From: an uncultured delta proteobacterium | GTDB taxonomy: Bacteria; Desulfobacterota; Desulfuromonadia; Desulfuromonadales; JACZKF01 | DNA: 64,000 nucleotides | NCBI GenBank assembly: GCA_963816395.1 | Contig: CAWFKQ010000016.1 | Span: 64,001 to 128,000, forward strand | Direction of reading: 5' to 3' | Part shown: positions 9,646-19,866 of the stretch, in pieces | How the letters are laid out: the number at the start of each line of letters is the position of its first letter | Numbering within the stretch: the stretch's first letter is position 1 | The notes under the pieces: generated by a model | Seen by the model: the letters and a program-made list of their open reading frames with translations, nothing else | What the model was told of the DNA's origin: nothing | The model's database searches: none | Translations under genes and position numbers: made by a program

Positions 9646-11194
9646 ATGAAGTTCACCACCGCCCGCATTTCCCAGCTCCTGTTCCTGGCGCTGTTTCTGG
9701 TCCTCTTCCTGCTGACCGAGTACCGGGGGAGCGACCGCATCGTCGCGGCGGTGAACGGTTTCTTCCGCGCCGATCCCCTCACCGCCGTCAGCACCCTGCT
9801 GGCGGAAAAGGCCTTTCTGCCCCTGCTGCTGCCGGGGCTGCTGGTCTTCCTCTTCTCCTTCCTCCTCGGGACGCTTCTTCTGCGGCTGGATCTGCCCGCT
9901 GGGGACGGTGCTCGACCTGGTGACCGGCAGGATCCGCAAGACCGCTCCCCTGCGCTGGCTGCGGGGGCGTCTGAAATACTGGCTGCTGCTGCCGCTGCTC
10001 TCCGCCGCCCTGCTCAACCTCAATCTGGCGGGACTGCTCGATCCGATCGCCATCCTCCTGCGCGCCCTCACCTTCTTCGTCCATCCCCTGCTCGGTGAAA
10101 CCGTGCGCGGCGGCTGGGTCGGTCTCTACCGGCTGCTGGGGGATCGGCGGGACCTGCTCGATCCCGGCTACCGGCTGGTCCGCGACTATCTGCTGCCGTT
10201 CCGGGAGACGCTCTACCCGCTGGCCTTCCTGTCGGCCCTCCTGTTCTTCCTGATCCTCTTTCTGGAGCGCTTCGAGCGGCGCAACTGGTGCCGCAACCTC
10301 TGCCCCCTCGGCACCCTGCTCGGGCTGGCCGCCCGCTTCTCGCCGCTCAGCCGGGTGCCGTCCCGGCTCTGCCCCGACTGCCAGGGGTGCCGCGACATCT
10401 GCCCGAGCGGTTTCGAGCGGGAGCTGCTGCAGAAGGAGGAGTGCCTGTTGTGCCTGGAATGCGTCTTGAAGTGCCCTTCGCAGCGGGTGCGCTTCCGTTT
10501 CGGCCGCAGCCGGACGAAACCCGCTCCGGCCATGCAGCGACGGGTGCTGCTCGGGGGGATCCTCTCCGGCGTTCTGCTGGCGCGGCTGTTCCGCTTTCGC
10601 GACCCGGTGGCCCAGGCCCGTTTCCTGCGGCCGCCCGGGGTGCGCGAAGAGGGGGAATTTCTGAAAAAGTGCGTGCGCTGCGGCGAGTGCATGAAAGTCT
10701 GCCTGCGCAGCGCCCTCTATCCGGCCGCCCTGCAGGCCGGTATTGAAGGGATGTACACGCCGGTTCTGGTGCCGCGGCTCGGCTACTGCGAGTACAACTG
10801 CACTCTCTGCGGCCAGGTCTGCCCCACTGGCGCCGTCCCCGATCTGCCGGCGGCGGAAAAGAAACGGCAGGTGATCGGCAAGGCCGTCTTCCTCAAGGAC
10901 CATTGTCTCCCCTTTGCCAAGAGGATGAACTGCATCGTCTGCGAGGAGCACTGTCCGATTCCGCAGAAGGCGATCCGCTCGGAGGAGGTGGCGGAGATCG
11001 ATTTCCGCGGGCATCCGGTGCGGGTGAAGAGGCCGTACGTGGTGGACGAGTTGTGCAACGGCTGCGGCATCTGCGAGAATGTCTGTCCGCTGGAGGGGCG
11101 GGCGGGGATCGAGGTTTACGCGGTCAAGGACCGCACGCCCCTGGCGGCGCCCGGTCGGGACGCCGCATTTACTGAAAATGACCCCTACCGGTGA
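9646..11194 (+). CDS. Membrane polyferredoxin (NapH/MauN-like N-terminus fused to NapG/MauM-like domain), +1 frameshift near 9869
   Basis: Removing one G restores LLGRFFCGWICPLGT; also WCRNLCPLG, several CxxCxxCxxxCP motifs and LRPPG. Confidence 0.85.
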
Positions 11195-11232
11195 TCGTTG
11201 CCGGATTGCTGACCAGGAAGGAGGAGTGACCG

Positions 11233-12073
11233 ATGGAACAGGTGATTCGCGAGGAGATCCGGCGCTTTTTGCGGGAGTGTCCGGAAAACCGTTTTCCGCA
11301 GGGCGATGCCCCCTATTTCGATGAGCCGCTGATCGGCTTCGCTGCCGCCGCCGACCCGCTCTTCGGTGAGTACAAGACGATCATCGGCGACTTTTCACCT
11401 GACGCCGCAGGAACTGATGACGGCGGCCTTCGGCCCGCAGGCGGCGGCCGCCACCGTCATCGTCTGGTCGCTGCCGATTACCAGGGTGACCCGCGAGAGC
11501 AATCGGCGGGAGGAGCGCTGGCCTTCCCGGCCCTGGGCGCAGACCCGGAGTTTCGGTGAAGTCTGCAATGTGGCGCTGCGCCGGCACCTGATCGCCTTCC
11601 TCAGCGGGCACGGCCACCGGGCACTGGCGCCCCAGCTCTCGCCGGTCTGGAAGGAATTCGGCGACACCCCCGTCGGCATCGCCTCCGCCTGGTCGGAGCG
11701 GCATGCCGCCTATGCCGCCGGCCTCGGCACCTTCAGCCTCAACGATGCCCTGATCACGCCGCGGGGCATCGCCCACCGCCTCGGCAGCGTGGTCACCGAC
11801 CTGATCGTGGCGCCCAGTGATAGACGCTGGCCCGACCACCGGCACAACTGTCTCCACTACCGGGAGGGGACCTGCGGCCTGTGCATCGAACGCTGCCCGG
11901 TGGGTGCCCTGTCCCGCCAGGGCCACGACAAGTACCGCTGCCGGGAGTACGTTTACGGAGAGGTGCCGCGGGCGGTCGGTGAGCAGTACCAAGTTCCCCA
12001 TACCGGCTGCGGCCTCTGCCAGACCAGGGTCCCCTGCGAGGCTCAGGTGCCGCCTGGGAGGAGCAAAGAGTAG
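11233..12073 (+). CDS. Epoxyqueuosine reductase (QueG)/reductive-dehalogenase-like Fe-S protein, +1 frameshift near 11393
   Basis: FDEPLIGFA.A.DPLF; GDFHLTP after removing one T; WSERHAAYAAGLGTF, RLGSVVTD, CGLCIERCP, CGLCQ..VPC. Confidence 0.8.
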
Positions 12074-12111
12074 AATACAAAACCGCCATCCTTCAGCTGG
12101 CGCCTCAGAAG

Positions 12112-12133
12112 TCCCCTCTCCCAGGAGAGGGGA
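12112..12133. repeat. Short perfect intercistronic hairpin
   Basis: TCCCCTCTC-CCAG-GAGAGGGGA, no U-tract. Confidence 0.6.
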
Positions 12134-12186
12134 ATCGGCACCGATCCGGAAACAAATTGGTTTATAGAAGGATTAGAAGGAGTCCC

Positions 12187-14206
12187 ATGAGCGATATCGT
12201 ACGTTCCGTCTGCCCTTTCGACTGTCCCGATGCCTGCGGCCTGCTGGTGGAGGTGGAGGAAAATCGGGCGGTACGGGTGAGCGGCGATCCCGAGCATCCC
12301 TTCACCCGCGGCACCTTGTGCCCGAAGATGCTCCATTACGAACGCACCGTGCACTCGCCGCGCCGGTTGACTACTCCCCTGCGCCGCAGCGGCGCCAAGG
12401 GGAGCGGCGCCTTCGTCCCCATCGGCTGGGAGGAGGCGATCGCCACCATCGCCGGTCGCTGGCGCGAGATCATCGCCCGGCACGGGGCGGAGGCGATCCT
12501 CCCCTACTCCTACGCCGGCACCATGGGGCTTATCCAGCGCAACGCCGGCCACCCCTTCTTCCACCGGCTGGGCGCCTCGCGCCTGGCCCGCACCATCTGC
12601 TCCCCGGCCAAGGGGGCCGGCTGGAAGGCGGTCATGGGGGAAACCCCGGGGCCGCACCCGGACACCGTCATGGCGAGCGACCTGGTGATCCTCTGGGGGA
12701 TCAACGCCGCCGCCACCAGCATCCACTTCCTGCACGGGGTGCGCGAGGCCAGGCGGCGCGGGGCGAAGGTCTGGCTGATCGACACCTACCGGACGCCGAC
12801 CGCCGGGGCGGCCGACGAGCTCTTCCTGGTGCGGCCGGGGAGCGACGGCGCCCTCGCCCTGGGGATGATGCATGTGCTGGCCGCGGAGGGGCTGCTCGAT
12901 AGCTCCTTCATAGAAGCGCACGTGCAGGGATTCCAGGAACTGCGCGAAAAGGTCCTTCCCGACTACCCGCCGGAGCGCGTTGCCGAAATCACCGGCCTGC
13001 CGGCCGCCGTTATCCTCGACATGGCAAGGCGCTTCGGCCGCGCCCGGGCGCCCTTTATCCGCCTGGGGAGCGGTCTGAGCCGTTACGGCAACGGCGCCAT
13101 GACGGTGCGCTGCATCGTCGCCCTGCCGGCCCTGGTCGGCGCCTATGGCAGGGAGGGCGGGGGCTGCCTGGCTTCGACCAGTTCCGGCGCCGCCATCGCC
13201 ATGGCCGAGGTGACGCGCGAGGACTTCATGCCCCGCCCGACCCGGACCATCAACATGATCCGTCTCGGGCAGGCGCTGAATGAGCTGGGGGACCCGCCGG
13301 TCATGTCCCTCTATGTCTATCACTCCAACCCCGCCGCCGTCGCCCCCGACCAGAACGCCGTCCTGCGCGGGCTCGCCCGCGAGGACCTGTTCACCGTGGT
13401 GCACGAACGCTTTCTCACCGATACCGCCCGCTGGGCCGACCTCGTGCTGCCGGCGACCTCCTCCCTGGAGCACTCCGATCTCTACAACAGCTACGGCACC
13501 TACTGCATCCAGCGGGCGGCCGCCGCCGTGCCGGCGGTGGGGGAGAGCAAGTCGAACTGGGAGGTCTTTTCCCTGCTCGCCGCCGCCATGGGCTTTGCCG
13601 AACCCTTTTTCCGCCAGAGCGCCGACGTCCTGATCGACCACCTCCTCGCCCTGCCGGCATCCATGCGCGAAGGAATCGACCTCGCCAGTTTCGCCGCGGG
13701 GAAGGCGGTCGAACTTTCCTTGCCGCCAGCGGCGGCAAGTGACCTTCCGCACCCCTTCCGGGCGGGTCGAGATCCTCAACCCGGCCGAGCCGGAGCCGCT
13801 CCTCCGCTACCTGCCCACGCATGCCGAGGCGGAGGCGGCGGAGTTCCCTTTGCGGCTGATGACCGCCCCGCATCCCTTCGCCCTCAACTCCACCTTCAAT
13901 GAGCAGCCGGAGCTGCGCCGGCGGCAGCGGGGGATGCAGCTCCTCCTGCACCCGGCGGAGGCGGCGGCCCGCGGGCTGGCGGACGGACAGCGGGTGCTCG
14001 CCGGCAACCGGCTGGGGGAGGCGCTCTTCTTCCTGCAGATCACCGACCGGGTGCCGGCGGGGATCGCCGTCGCCGAAGGGGTCTGGTGGCGGGAGTTCGC
14101 CCCCGGCGAACGCACCGTCAACGCCCTCACCTCCCAGCGCCTGACCGACCGGGGGGAAGGGAGCACCTTTTACGACAACGCCGTCGAGGTACGGGGGGCG
14201 CCGTGA
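12187..14206 (+). CDS. Molybdopterin (bis-MGD) oxidoreductase, cytoplasmic, +1 frameshift near 13715-13735
   Basis: N-terminal CPFDCPDAC..CPK Fe-S motif, YSYAGTMG, LARTICS, TDTARWADLVLPA; C-terminal domain FRTPSGRVEI...LNSTF...TFYDNAVEV in next frame. Confidence 0.87.
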
Positions 14207-14685
14207 AGATCCGGATCATCACCACCGGCGGGACGATCGACAAGATTTACTTCGATCAGTTGAGCGAATTCCAGGTGGGGGAGCCGCAGATCGGCGAGGT
14301 GCTGCGGGAGACCGGCGTCGCCTTCGACTACGAGATCGAATCGATCCTGCGCAAGGACAGCCTCGACCTGGACGCTGCCGACCGCCGGCTGATCCGCGAG
14401 GCGGTGGTGCGGGCGCCGGAGGACCGCATCCTGGTAACGCACGGCACCGATACCATGATCGAGACCGCCCGCGCCCTCGACGGCATTCCGGGAAAGACCG
14501 TCGTGCTCACCGGCGCCCTGCAGCCGGCGCGCTTCCGGCAGACCGACGCGGTCTTCAACATCGGCGCCGCCGTGCTGGCGGTGCAGCTGCTTGGCGAAGG
14601 GGTCTGGCTGGTCATGAACGGCCGGGTGTTCGATCCGCGGCGGGCGCGGAAGAACCGGCAGGCGAATCGGTTCGAGGCGGAATAG
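14203..14685 (+). CDS. Asparaginase N-terminal-domain-only protein
   Basis: TTGGTIDK and THGTDTM catalytic-Thr motifs, VLTGA; 160 aa; GTG start overlaps upstream TGA. Confidence 0.85.
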   Translation: MKIRIITTGGTIDKIYFDQLSEFQVGEPQIGEVLRETGVAFDYEIESILRKDSLDLDAADRRLIREAVVRAPEDRILVTHGTDTMIETARALDGIPGKTVVLTGALQPARFRQTDAVFNIGAAVLAVQLLGEGVWLVMNGRVFDPRRARKNRQANRFEAE

Positions 14686-15637
14686 ACCCTCTCCCCCGGC
14701 CGCTGCCCCCCGGCCAGACCGTCGTCTCCAGCGGTTCCTTGAAGGTGAGGGTGCGGTAGGGGAAGGGGATCTCGATGCCGGCGGCGTCGAGGGCCTTCTT
14801 CACGGCCAGGACCACCTCGCCCCGCGACCGGCGCAGGTCCACCGGCTTGGGCCCGGTCCACCAGGTCACCTCGATGTCGATGCTGCTTTCCCCGAAACCG
14901 GCGGCGAAGACCTGGACCGGCTGCTCCTGCATGACCGTCGGGCACCCCGTCAGCGCCTGCTGAATGACCCGCACCGCCGCCTCCGCGTCCTCGCCATAGG
15001 CGATCCCGACGGTGATGGAGATCCGCCGGCGCGGTCGGTCGGTGAAGATGCGCACCGGGTTCTTGAACAGGAAGGAGTTGGGGAGCACCACCAGTTCGCC
15101 GGTAGTTTCGCGGACCAGGGTCATGCGGACGGTGACGTCCACCACCCGGCCGCTGATCCCCTCCACTTCGAGATAGTCGCCGTTCTCGAAGGGGAAGCGC
15201 CAGAGGATCAGGATGCCGGCGAAGAAGTTTTCGAAGATGTCCTTGAAGGCGAAACCGACCGCCAGGGAAGCGATGCCCAGGGTGCCCAGGGCGCTGGCCG
15301 GGGTCAGGCCGGGAAAGATCATCGTGGCGGCCAGCAGCAGCCCCAGCATCCAGATGCCGATGGTGATCAGGCGGACGAAGAGCGCCCGCAGGGACCCGCT
15401 CATATGGAAGCGTCCGAGCACCCGCTCCCCGAAACGGGAGAAGCCCCAGGCGATCAGCCAGGTGAGCAGGATCAGGAGCACCCCGGCGCAGAGGAAGGGG
15501 AGATGGGCGACGAACTTGAGCCAGAGGCCCAGCACCGTCGACCGCAGCGTTTTCACCGCCAGATCGACGACCTGGTCACCCTGGCCGGCGGCCGCCAATA
15601 AGTCGGCCGGCAGCGAATATACGGTTAGCTTGCGCAA
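14612..15637 (-). CDS. mscS: Small-conductance mechanosensitive channel (MscS family)
   Basis: GFAFKDIFENFFAGILIL, PF..GD, VLPNS, GFGESSID, AGIEIPFPYR; the C-terminal tail overlapping the convergent gene is uncertain. Confidence 0.88.
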   Translation of the reverse strand: MRKLTVYSLPADLLAAAGQGDQVVDLAVKTLRSTVLGLWLKFVAHLPFLCAGVLLILLTWLIAWGFSRFGERVLGRFHMSGSLRALFVRLITIGIWMLGLLLAATMIFPGLTPASALGTLGIASLAVGFAFKDIFENFFAGILILWRFPFENGDYLEVEGISGRVVDVTVRMTLVRETTGELVVLPNSFLFKNPVRIFTDRPRRRISITVGIAYGEDAEAAVRVIQQALTGCPTVMQEQPVQVFAAGFGESSIDIEVTWWTGPKPVDLRRSRGEVVLAVKKALDAAGIEIPFPYRTLTFKEPLETTVWPGGSGRGRGSIPPRTDSPAGSSAPAADRTPGRS

Positions 15638-15850
15638 GGGAGTTCTCCGGCTGAATGCCTGTTGCCATTTTTAATTATAGTTCCCCTCGCCGGCGGTGCA
15701 GCCCCTGCCCCATTTTTTCCGTTCCCCATCTCAATCAGTCCGAGCGACAGGGGGCGGCAGCGCGAAACTTTTCGTCGGTAGGGCACGGCAACGCCTCCCG
15801 GTTGACTTCCTCTGGCCGCATGTTATCTGTGAACGGAAAAGGAGGTGGCC

Positions 15851-16513
15851 ATGGCGGATCGGCCCGAACTGATCAGTTTCAAGCTCTGACCCTACGTCCA
15901 GAGGGCGGTCGTCCTGCTGAACGAGAAAGGGGTCGAGCACGACGTCACCTACATCGACCTGAAGAACAAGCCCGACTGGTTCCTGCGCCTCTCCCCCCTG
16001 GGCAAGGTCCCCGTCCTCAAGGTGGGGGAGGCGGTCCTCTTCGAATCGGCGGTCATCTGCGAGTACCTCGACGAGGTCCATCCGCCCTCCCTGCACCCGG
16101 CCGATCCGCTGCGCAAAGCGGTGAACCGCGCCTGGATGGAGTTCTCCTCGGAGCTGTTCGTCGACCTCTACCGCCTGGCGACGGCCGCCGAGCGGGAGGC
16201 TTTCGAGACGAGCCGCCGGGCCGCCCGGGAGAAGCTGGAGCGGCTGGAAGGGCAGGTCGGCGGTCCCTTCTTCAACGGTTCCGGGTTCTCTCTCGTCGAT
16301 GCCGCCATCGCCCCGGCTTTCATGCGCATTTCCCTGCTGGAGGAGGTCCGGCCGATGGGGCTGCTGGAGGGACTGCCGAAGGTGCAGCGCTGGAGCGACA
16401 GTCTGCTGGAGCGGGAGTCGGTGCGAACGTCGGTCGTCGACGAGTTCCCGGCCCTGTTCCGCGATTATCTCGCCGCCGGCGGCGGCTACCTGGCGCGGGG
16501 GGGTGGAGATTAG
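15851..16513 (+). CDS. Glutathione S-transferase family protein with selenocysteine (UGA at codon 13, U-P-Y-V-Q-R)
   Basis: RBS AAGGAGG, ATG 15851; MADRPELISFKL-TGA-PYVQRAVVLLNEKG...KPDWFLRLSPLGKVPVL...FESAVICEYLDE is in frame with ORF 16022-16513. TGA occupies the Cys of the Cys-GST CP(Y/F) motif. Confidence 0.85.
15887..15934 (+). promoter_or_regulatory. Putative bacterial SECIS element
   Basis: After UGA (15887-89): CAG-AGGGC-[GGTC]-GTCCT-g-CTG (15899-15919), G-first apical loop 17 nt past UGA; lower stem GACCC/GGGTC (15888-92/15930-34). Confidence 0.7.
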
Positions 16514-16575
16514 CTAAACCAAGTCACCCGATCGCTCGCACCGGCAGGTAAGGCAATTTTCAGTAAATGGGATCC

Positions 16576-17388
16576 TCAGCTTTGTATCAGCCCGCTCATT
16601 TCAGCTGTGGAGGGTGGTGTAAACGATTCGCCAGGCATTAAGACTACGGCTTCAATTTCCGGATAGCGGGCGAGCTCTGAGGCAAAGTCACGGTGACGCT
16701 CCAACATGAAATTCACGGGAGGGAACGCATGGAGTAATCCTTCCATTCCCTCGGGGTCTGCGGCCTCCTCCGGCTTTGGGAACCAGTGATAAGGGATAAC
16801 ATGCTTAACCCCAAGGGCCTTGGCGGCAAAGGCTCCCTCGGCAGGCCCCATGGTGAATATATCTGCAATCGAGAGTACAGCGAGGTCCGGTTTGTAGAGG
16901 GGTTTGATCAAGGTCTCCATCTCCGACGTATAGGCGGTGTCGCCCGAGATGTAGATCGTATACCCATTCTCTAGGCGGATGACAAAGCCGCCGGGGCTGC
17001 CGGCCGACTCGAAAGAGCGCTCCTCGCCGAAGCTAGAGCTGTGGCTAGAAGCAACGAGTGTCACCTGGATTTCCTCCAGAAGCGGATAATTGCCGCCGAA
17101 GTTGAGAGGGAAGACATTAGGCACTCGGCCGGCGAAATCCTTAAGGAAATGCTCGTAGTGAGTGACCCCCATCACCCGGTTATTGGCTTTAAGGAGACCC
17201 TCGAAGCCCAGGCTATGATCGAAGTGGGCATGCGTACAGAGTACCAAGTCTGCGTCCTCCCATTTCTTCGGGTTCTGCCACTCTTTAGGGCAGGTGGGGT
17301 TTCCCGCGATCCAAGGGTCGACGACGATGACCTTCCCCTTTTCTGTCTTGATCCGGAGCATACTGTGACCGAGAAGTTGGATCTCCAT
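16576..17388 (-). CDS. Metallo-beta-lactamase-fold metal-dependent hydrolase (UPF0173-like)
   Basis: LLGHS, VDPWIAGNP, THAHFDH, SHSSS, YISGDT, FTMGP, IPYHW. Confidence 0.87.
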   Translation of the reverse strand: MEIQLLGHSMLRIKTEKGKVIVVDPWIAGNPTCPKEWQNPKKWEDADLVLCTHAHFDHSLGFEGLLKANNRVMGVTHYEHFLKDFAGRVPNVFPLNFGGNYPLLEEIQVTLVASSHSSSFGEERSFESAGSPGGFVIRLENGYTIYISGDTAYTSEMETLIKPLYKPDLAVLSIADIFTMGPAEGAFAAKALGVKHVIPYHWFPKPEEAADPEGMEGLLHAFPPVNFMLERHRDFASELARYPEIEAVVLMPGESFTPPSTAEMSGLIQS

Positions 17389-17486
17389 CAAATTTCTCCT
17401 TCCTAAGCCTCATCTTCTTGAAAAAATAACGCCAATAACCTTTTCACCACCTCTCCCCACCAACCCCCTCTCTAAGAGGCATTCTT

Positions 17487-18284
17487 TTAATGAGAAATGA
17501 GAACAGGTACGGCATGGTGGTTAAGGACGTACCGAACAACCGGGCTCAATGCGAGCTTTCCCCGTGTATAGGCACATGCTCCCATAACTAATAGGTCGAT
17601 CGCCTGTTGGCAAGTAAGGTTTAGAAGAGTGTCACCAACGGTCAAATTCCCTGGGAAGACGTGATCGGCAGTCGCCGTTACTTTCCGATGAGCAAGATAG
17701 TCGCGGATCTGCATGAGGCCGTCATTCTCGGAAGAGATTGTTTCGCTGGTTATATTCATGATTGAAACATAACGGGCTGCTTTTAGGAACGGCAGCGCGT
17801 CGTTGACACTCCTGACCGATTCCCGCCCTGTCTTCCAAGCGATCATGATTCGAACTCCCGCGGTTTTAAAGGTTCCGGCATAGGGCACGACGAGAACAGG
17901 GCGTCCAGATGCCAGCACGAGTCTTTCCAGGAGGTCTATAGGGAGATTCCTGCTCAGGGAGCGAGAGTTGGCCTGCCCGACAATGATCAAATCCGAGTAA
18001 TAGGCCTGAGTTATTATAGTTTCCATAATATCAGCCCCAGTGACTGACTGATCAATACAAATCCATTCTGATGAAACACCGAATTCGGCGGTTTTATTTT
18101 TGAACATCGATTCTATTGTGCTAGCCTTAGAAGTATTTTCAAATTCATTAATAGTGCATAAGCCACGGAGATTGGCTTGGTGCTTCATTGCATATTGAAT
18201 CGCCAAATCAAGACGAGCTTCTGTTTCGGTAGAAGTGTCGAGATGTAACAAAATATCTCTTATTATCACAATAAAGTTCCTCAC
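17487..18284 (-). CDS. Universal stress protein (tandem USP domains)
   Basis: DILLHLD, DLIIVGQ, SGRPVLVVP, IMIAWK..RES.R, DLLVMGA, VPVLISH. Confidence 0.85.
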   Translation of the reverse strand: MRNFIVIIRDILLHLDTSTETEARLDLAIQYAMKHQANLRGLCTINEFENTSKASTIESMFKNKTAEFGVSSEWICIDQSVTGADIMETIITQAYYSDLIIVGQANSRSLSRNLPIDLLERLVLASGRPVLVVPYAGTFKTAGVRIMIAWKTGRESVRSVNDALPFLKAARYVSIMNITSETISSENDGLMQIRDYLAHRKVTATADHVFPGNLTVGDTLLNLTCQQAIDLLVMGACAYTRGKLALSPVVRYVLNHHAVPVLISH

Positions 18285-18349
18285 AAACGGGATATATTTT
18301 AAAGTAACGTAATTATTATTAGGTATTCGTCCTTTGCAATCGCCCCGCC

Positions 18350-19102
18350 CTACGCCACAGACTCTTCAGGTGAGACCAATCTCTTTTCTTTCCCAAGATA
18401 TGCACATTTAACCCCCGCATTTTTCATCAATTCATCCGCCGTTCCTTCCAAGATGACTCGCCCGGTTTCCAGAACATAACCACGGTCGGCCAGTTTAAGC
18501 GCCGCTTTGGCATTTTGTTCCACCAACAGGATGGTCATGCCGACTTGCTGACGCAACCGTTCCAGAACCCGAAATATCTCCTGCACCACCAGCGGCGCCA
18601 GGCCCATCGATGGCTCATCCAGTAATAGCAGCTTCGGATTGGCCATCAGCGCCCTGCCGATGGCCAGCATTTGCTGTTCGCCCCCTGACATCGTTCCGGC
18701 TAGTTGCTTGCGGCGCTCTTCAAGGCGGGGAAACAGTTTAAATATTTTTTCCATATCATTGCGGATCGCGCTCTTAGCCTCATTACGGTAACGCAAATAT
18801 GCGCCAAGCTCCAGGTTGTCTTCCACCGAGAGCGGCTTAAAAACCTGCCTGCCTTCGGGAACCTGAGAAATTCCAAGGTTGACGATTCTGTCCGGCAACA
18901 TTTTGGTAACCGGATCCATGCAGAAGAGGACCTCGCCACAGGCGGCAGGTGTCACTCCGGAGATAGTGTTGAGGATGGTGGTCTTGCCAGCGCCGTTGGC
19001 GCCGATCAAGGTAACAATTTCACCCAATTCAAGATGCAACGAGACATTCTTTAGGGCATGAATTTTGCCGTAATATGTATTGACGTTTTTGAGCTGCAAC
19101 AT
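18350..19102 (-). CDS. livF: Branched-chain/aromatic-acid ABC transporter ATPase
   Basis: GANGAGKTT, QVPEGRQVF, MSGGEQQMLAIGRALM, DEPSMGLAP. Confidence 0.92.
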   Translation of the reverse strand: MLQLKNVNTYYGKIHALKNVSLHLELGEIVTLIGANGAGKTTILNTISGVTPAACGEVLFCMDPVTKMLPDRIVNLGISQVPEGRQVFKPLSVEDNLELGAYLRYRNEAKSAIRNDMEKIFKLFPRLEERRKQLAGTMSGGEQQMLAIGRALMANPKLLLLDEPSMGLAPLVVQEIFRVLERLRQQVGMTILLVEQNAKAALKLADRGYVLETGRVILEGTADELMKNAGVKCAYLGKEKRLVSPEESVA

Positions 19103-19866
19103 TAGCCGTCCTCCCCGAGGTAGGCCGCAACCACTTCTGGATTATCTTGAATTTCCTGCGACGTACCTTCGGCAAGTTTTTTGCCGAGGTTGAGCACCAC
19201 TATCCGGTCGCAGATATCCATGATCAGTTCCATATCATGTTCTACAAGGACAACTGTTATCCCTTTTTTCCTGATCCTCTGGATGAGGTGCGAGAACTCT
19301 AAAGTCTCCTGGCTATTAAGGCCAGCCGCCGGTTCGTCCATTAAGATAATACGTGGTTCCAATGCCAGAGCTCGAGAGACTTCAAGCAACCTCCCTTTGC
19401 CGAAGGGAAGATTGCCAGCGGTGACATCCGCAAGATCCGTTATGCCCGTGAACTCCAGGCATTCCATAGACCGCTCATGGATGCGGCGTTCTTCAGCAAT
19501 GCTCCAGGGCATCTTAAAGGCGCAAGCCAGAAGACCACTGGAGCTTTTAGTATGCATCCCGACCATGACGTTTTCGCGCACAGTCATGCCGCTGAACAGT
19601 TCAATGTTCTGGAAGGTACGAACCAACCCCCGCCGTGCCAATTGTTCAGGGGCAAGCCCGGATACATCCGTACCCTCCAGAAGCACCTTCCCTGCAGACT
19701 GGGTATAAATGCCAGTGATGATGTTGAAGAGGGTGGTCTTGCCGGCCCCATTGGGACCGATAACGCCAGTGATATCCCCCTGCGATATGGAGAAAGAGAC
19801 ATGATCGAGCGCAATGACTCCGCCGAAAATTTGGCTGATCCCAGAGACTTCAAGCATGTTCGGCAC
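19102..19866 (-). CDS. livG: Branched-chain/aromatic-acid ABC transporter ATPase
   Basis: GPNGAGKTT, RTFQNIELF, DEPAAGLN, VEHDM, VVAAYLG. Confidence 0.92.
   Translation of the reverse strand: MPNMLEVSGISQIFGGVIALDHVSFSISQGDITGVIGPNGAGKTTLFNIITGIYTQSAGKVLLEGTDVSGLAPEQLARRGLVRTFQNIELFSGMTVRENVMVGMHTKSSSGLLACAFKMPWSIAEERRIHERSMECLEFTGITDLADVTAGNLPFGKGRLLEVSRALALEPRIILMDEPAAGLNSQETLEFSHLIQRIRKKGITVVLVEHDMELIMDICDRIVVLNLGKKLAEGTSQEIQDNPEVVAAYLGEDG

Noticed and set aside
15887..15889. GST as a nonsense pseudogene
   Set aside because: Stop falls exactly on the catalytic Cys column, has a SECIS-like hairpin, and the rest of the gene is intact.
16514..16575. att sites/direct repeats, tRNA or integrase at island edges (also 38830-38968)
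   Set aside because: No shared repeat found by eye and no mobility gene; island call rests on composition only.
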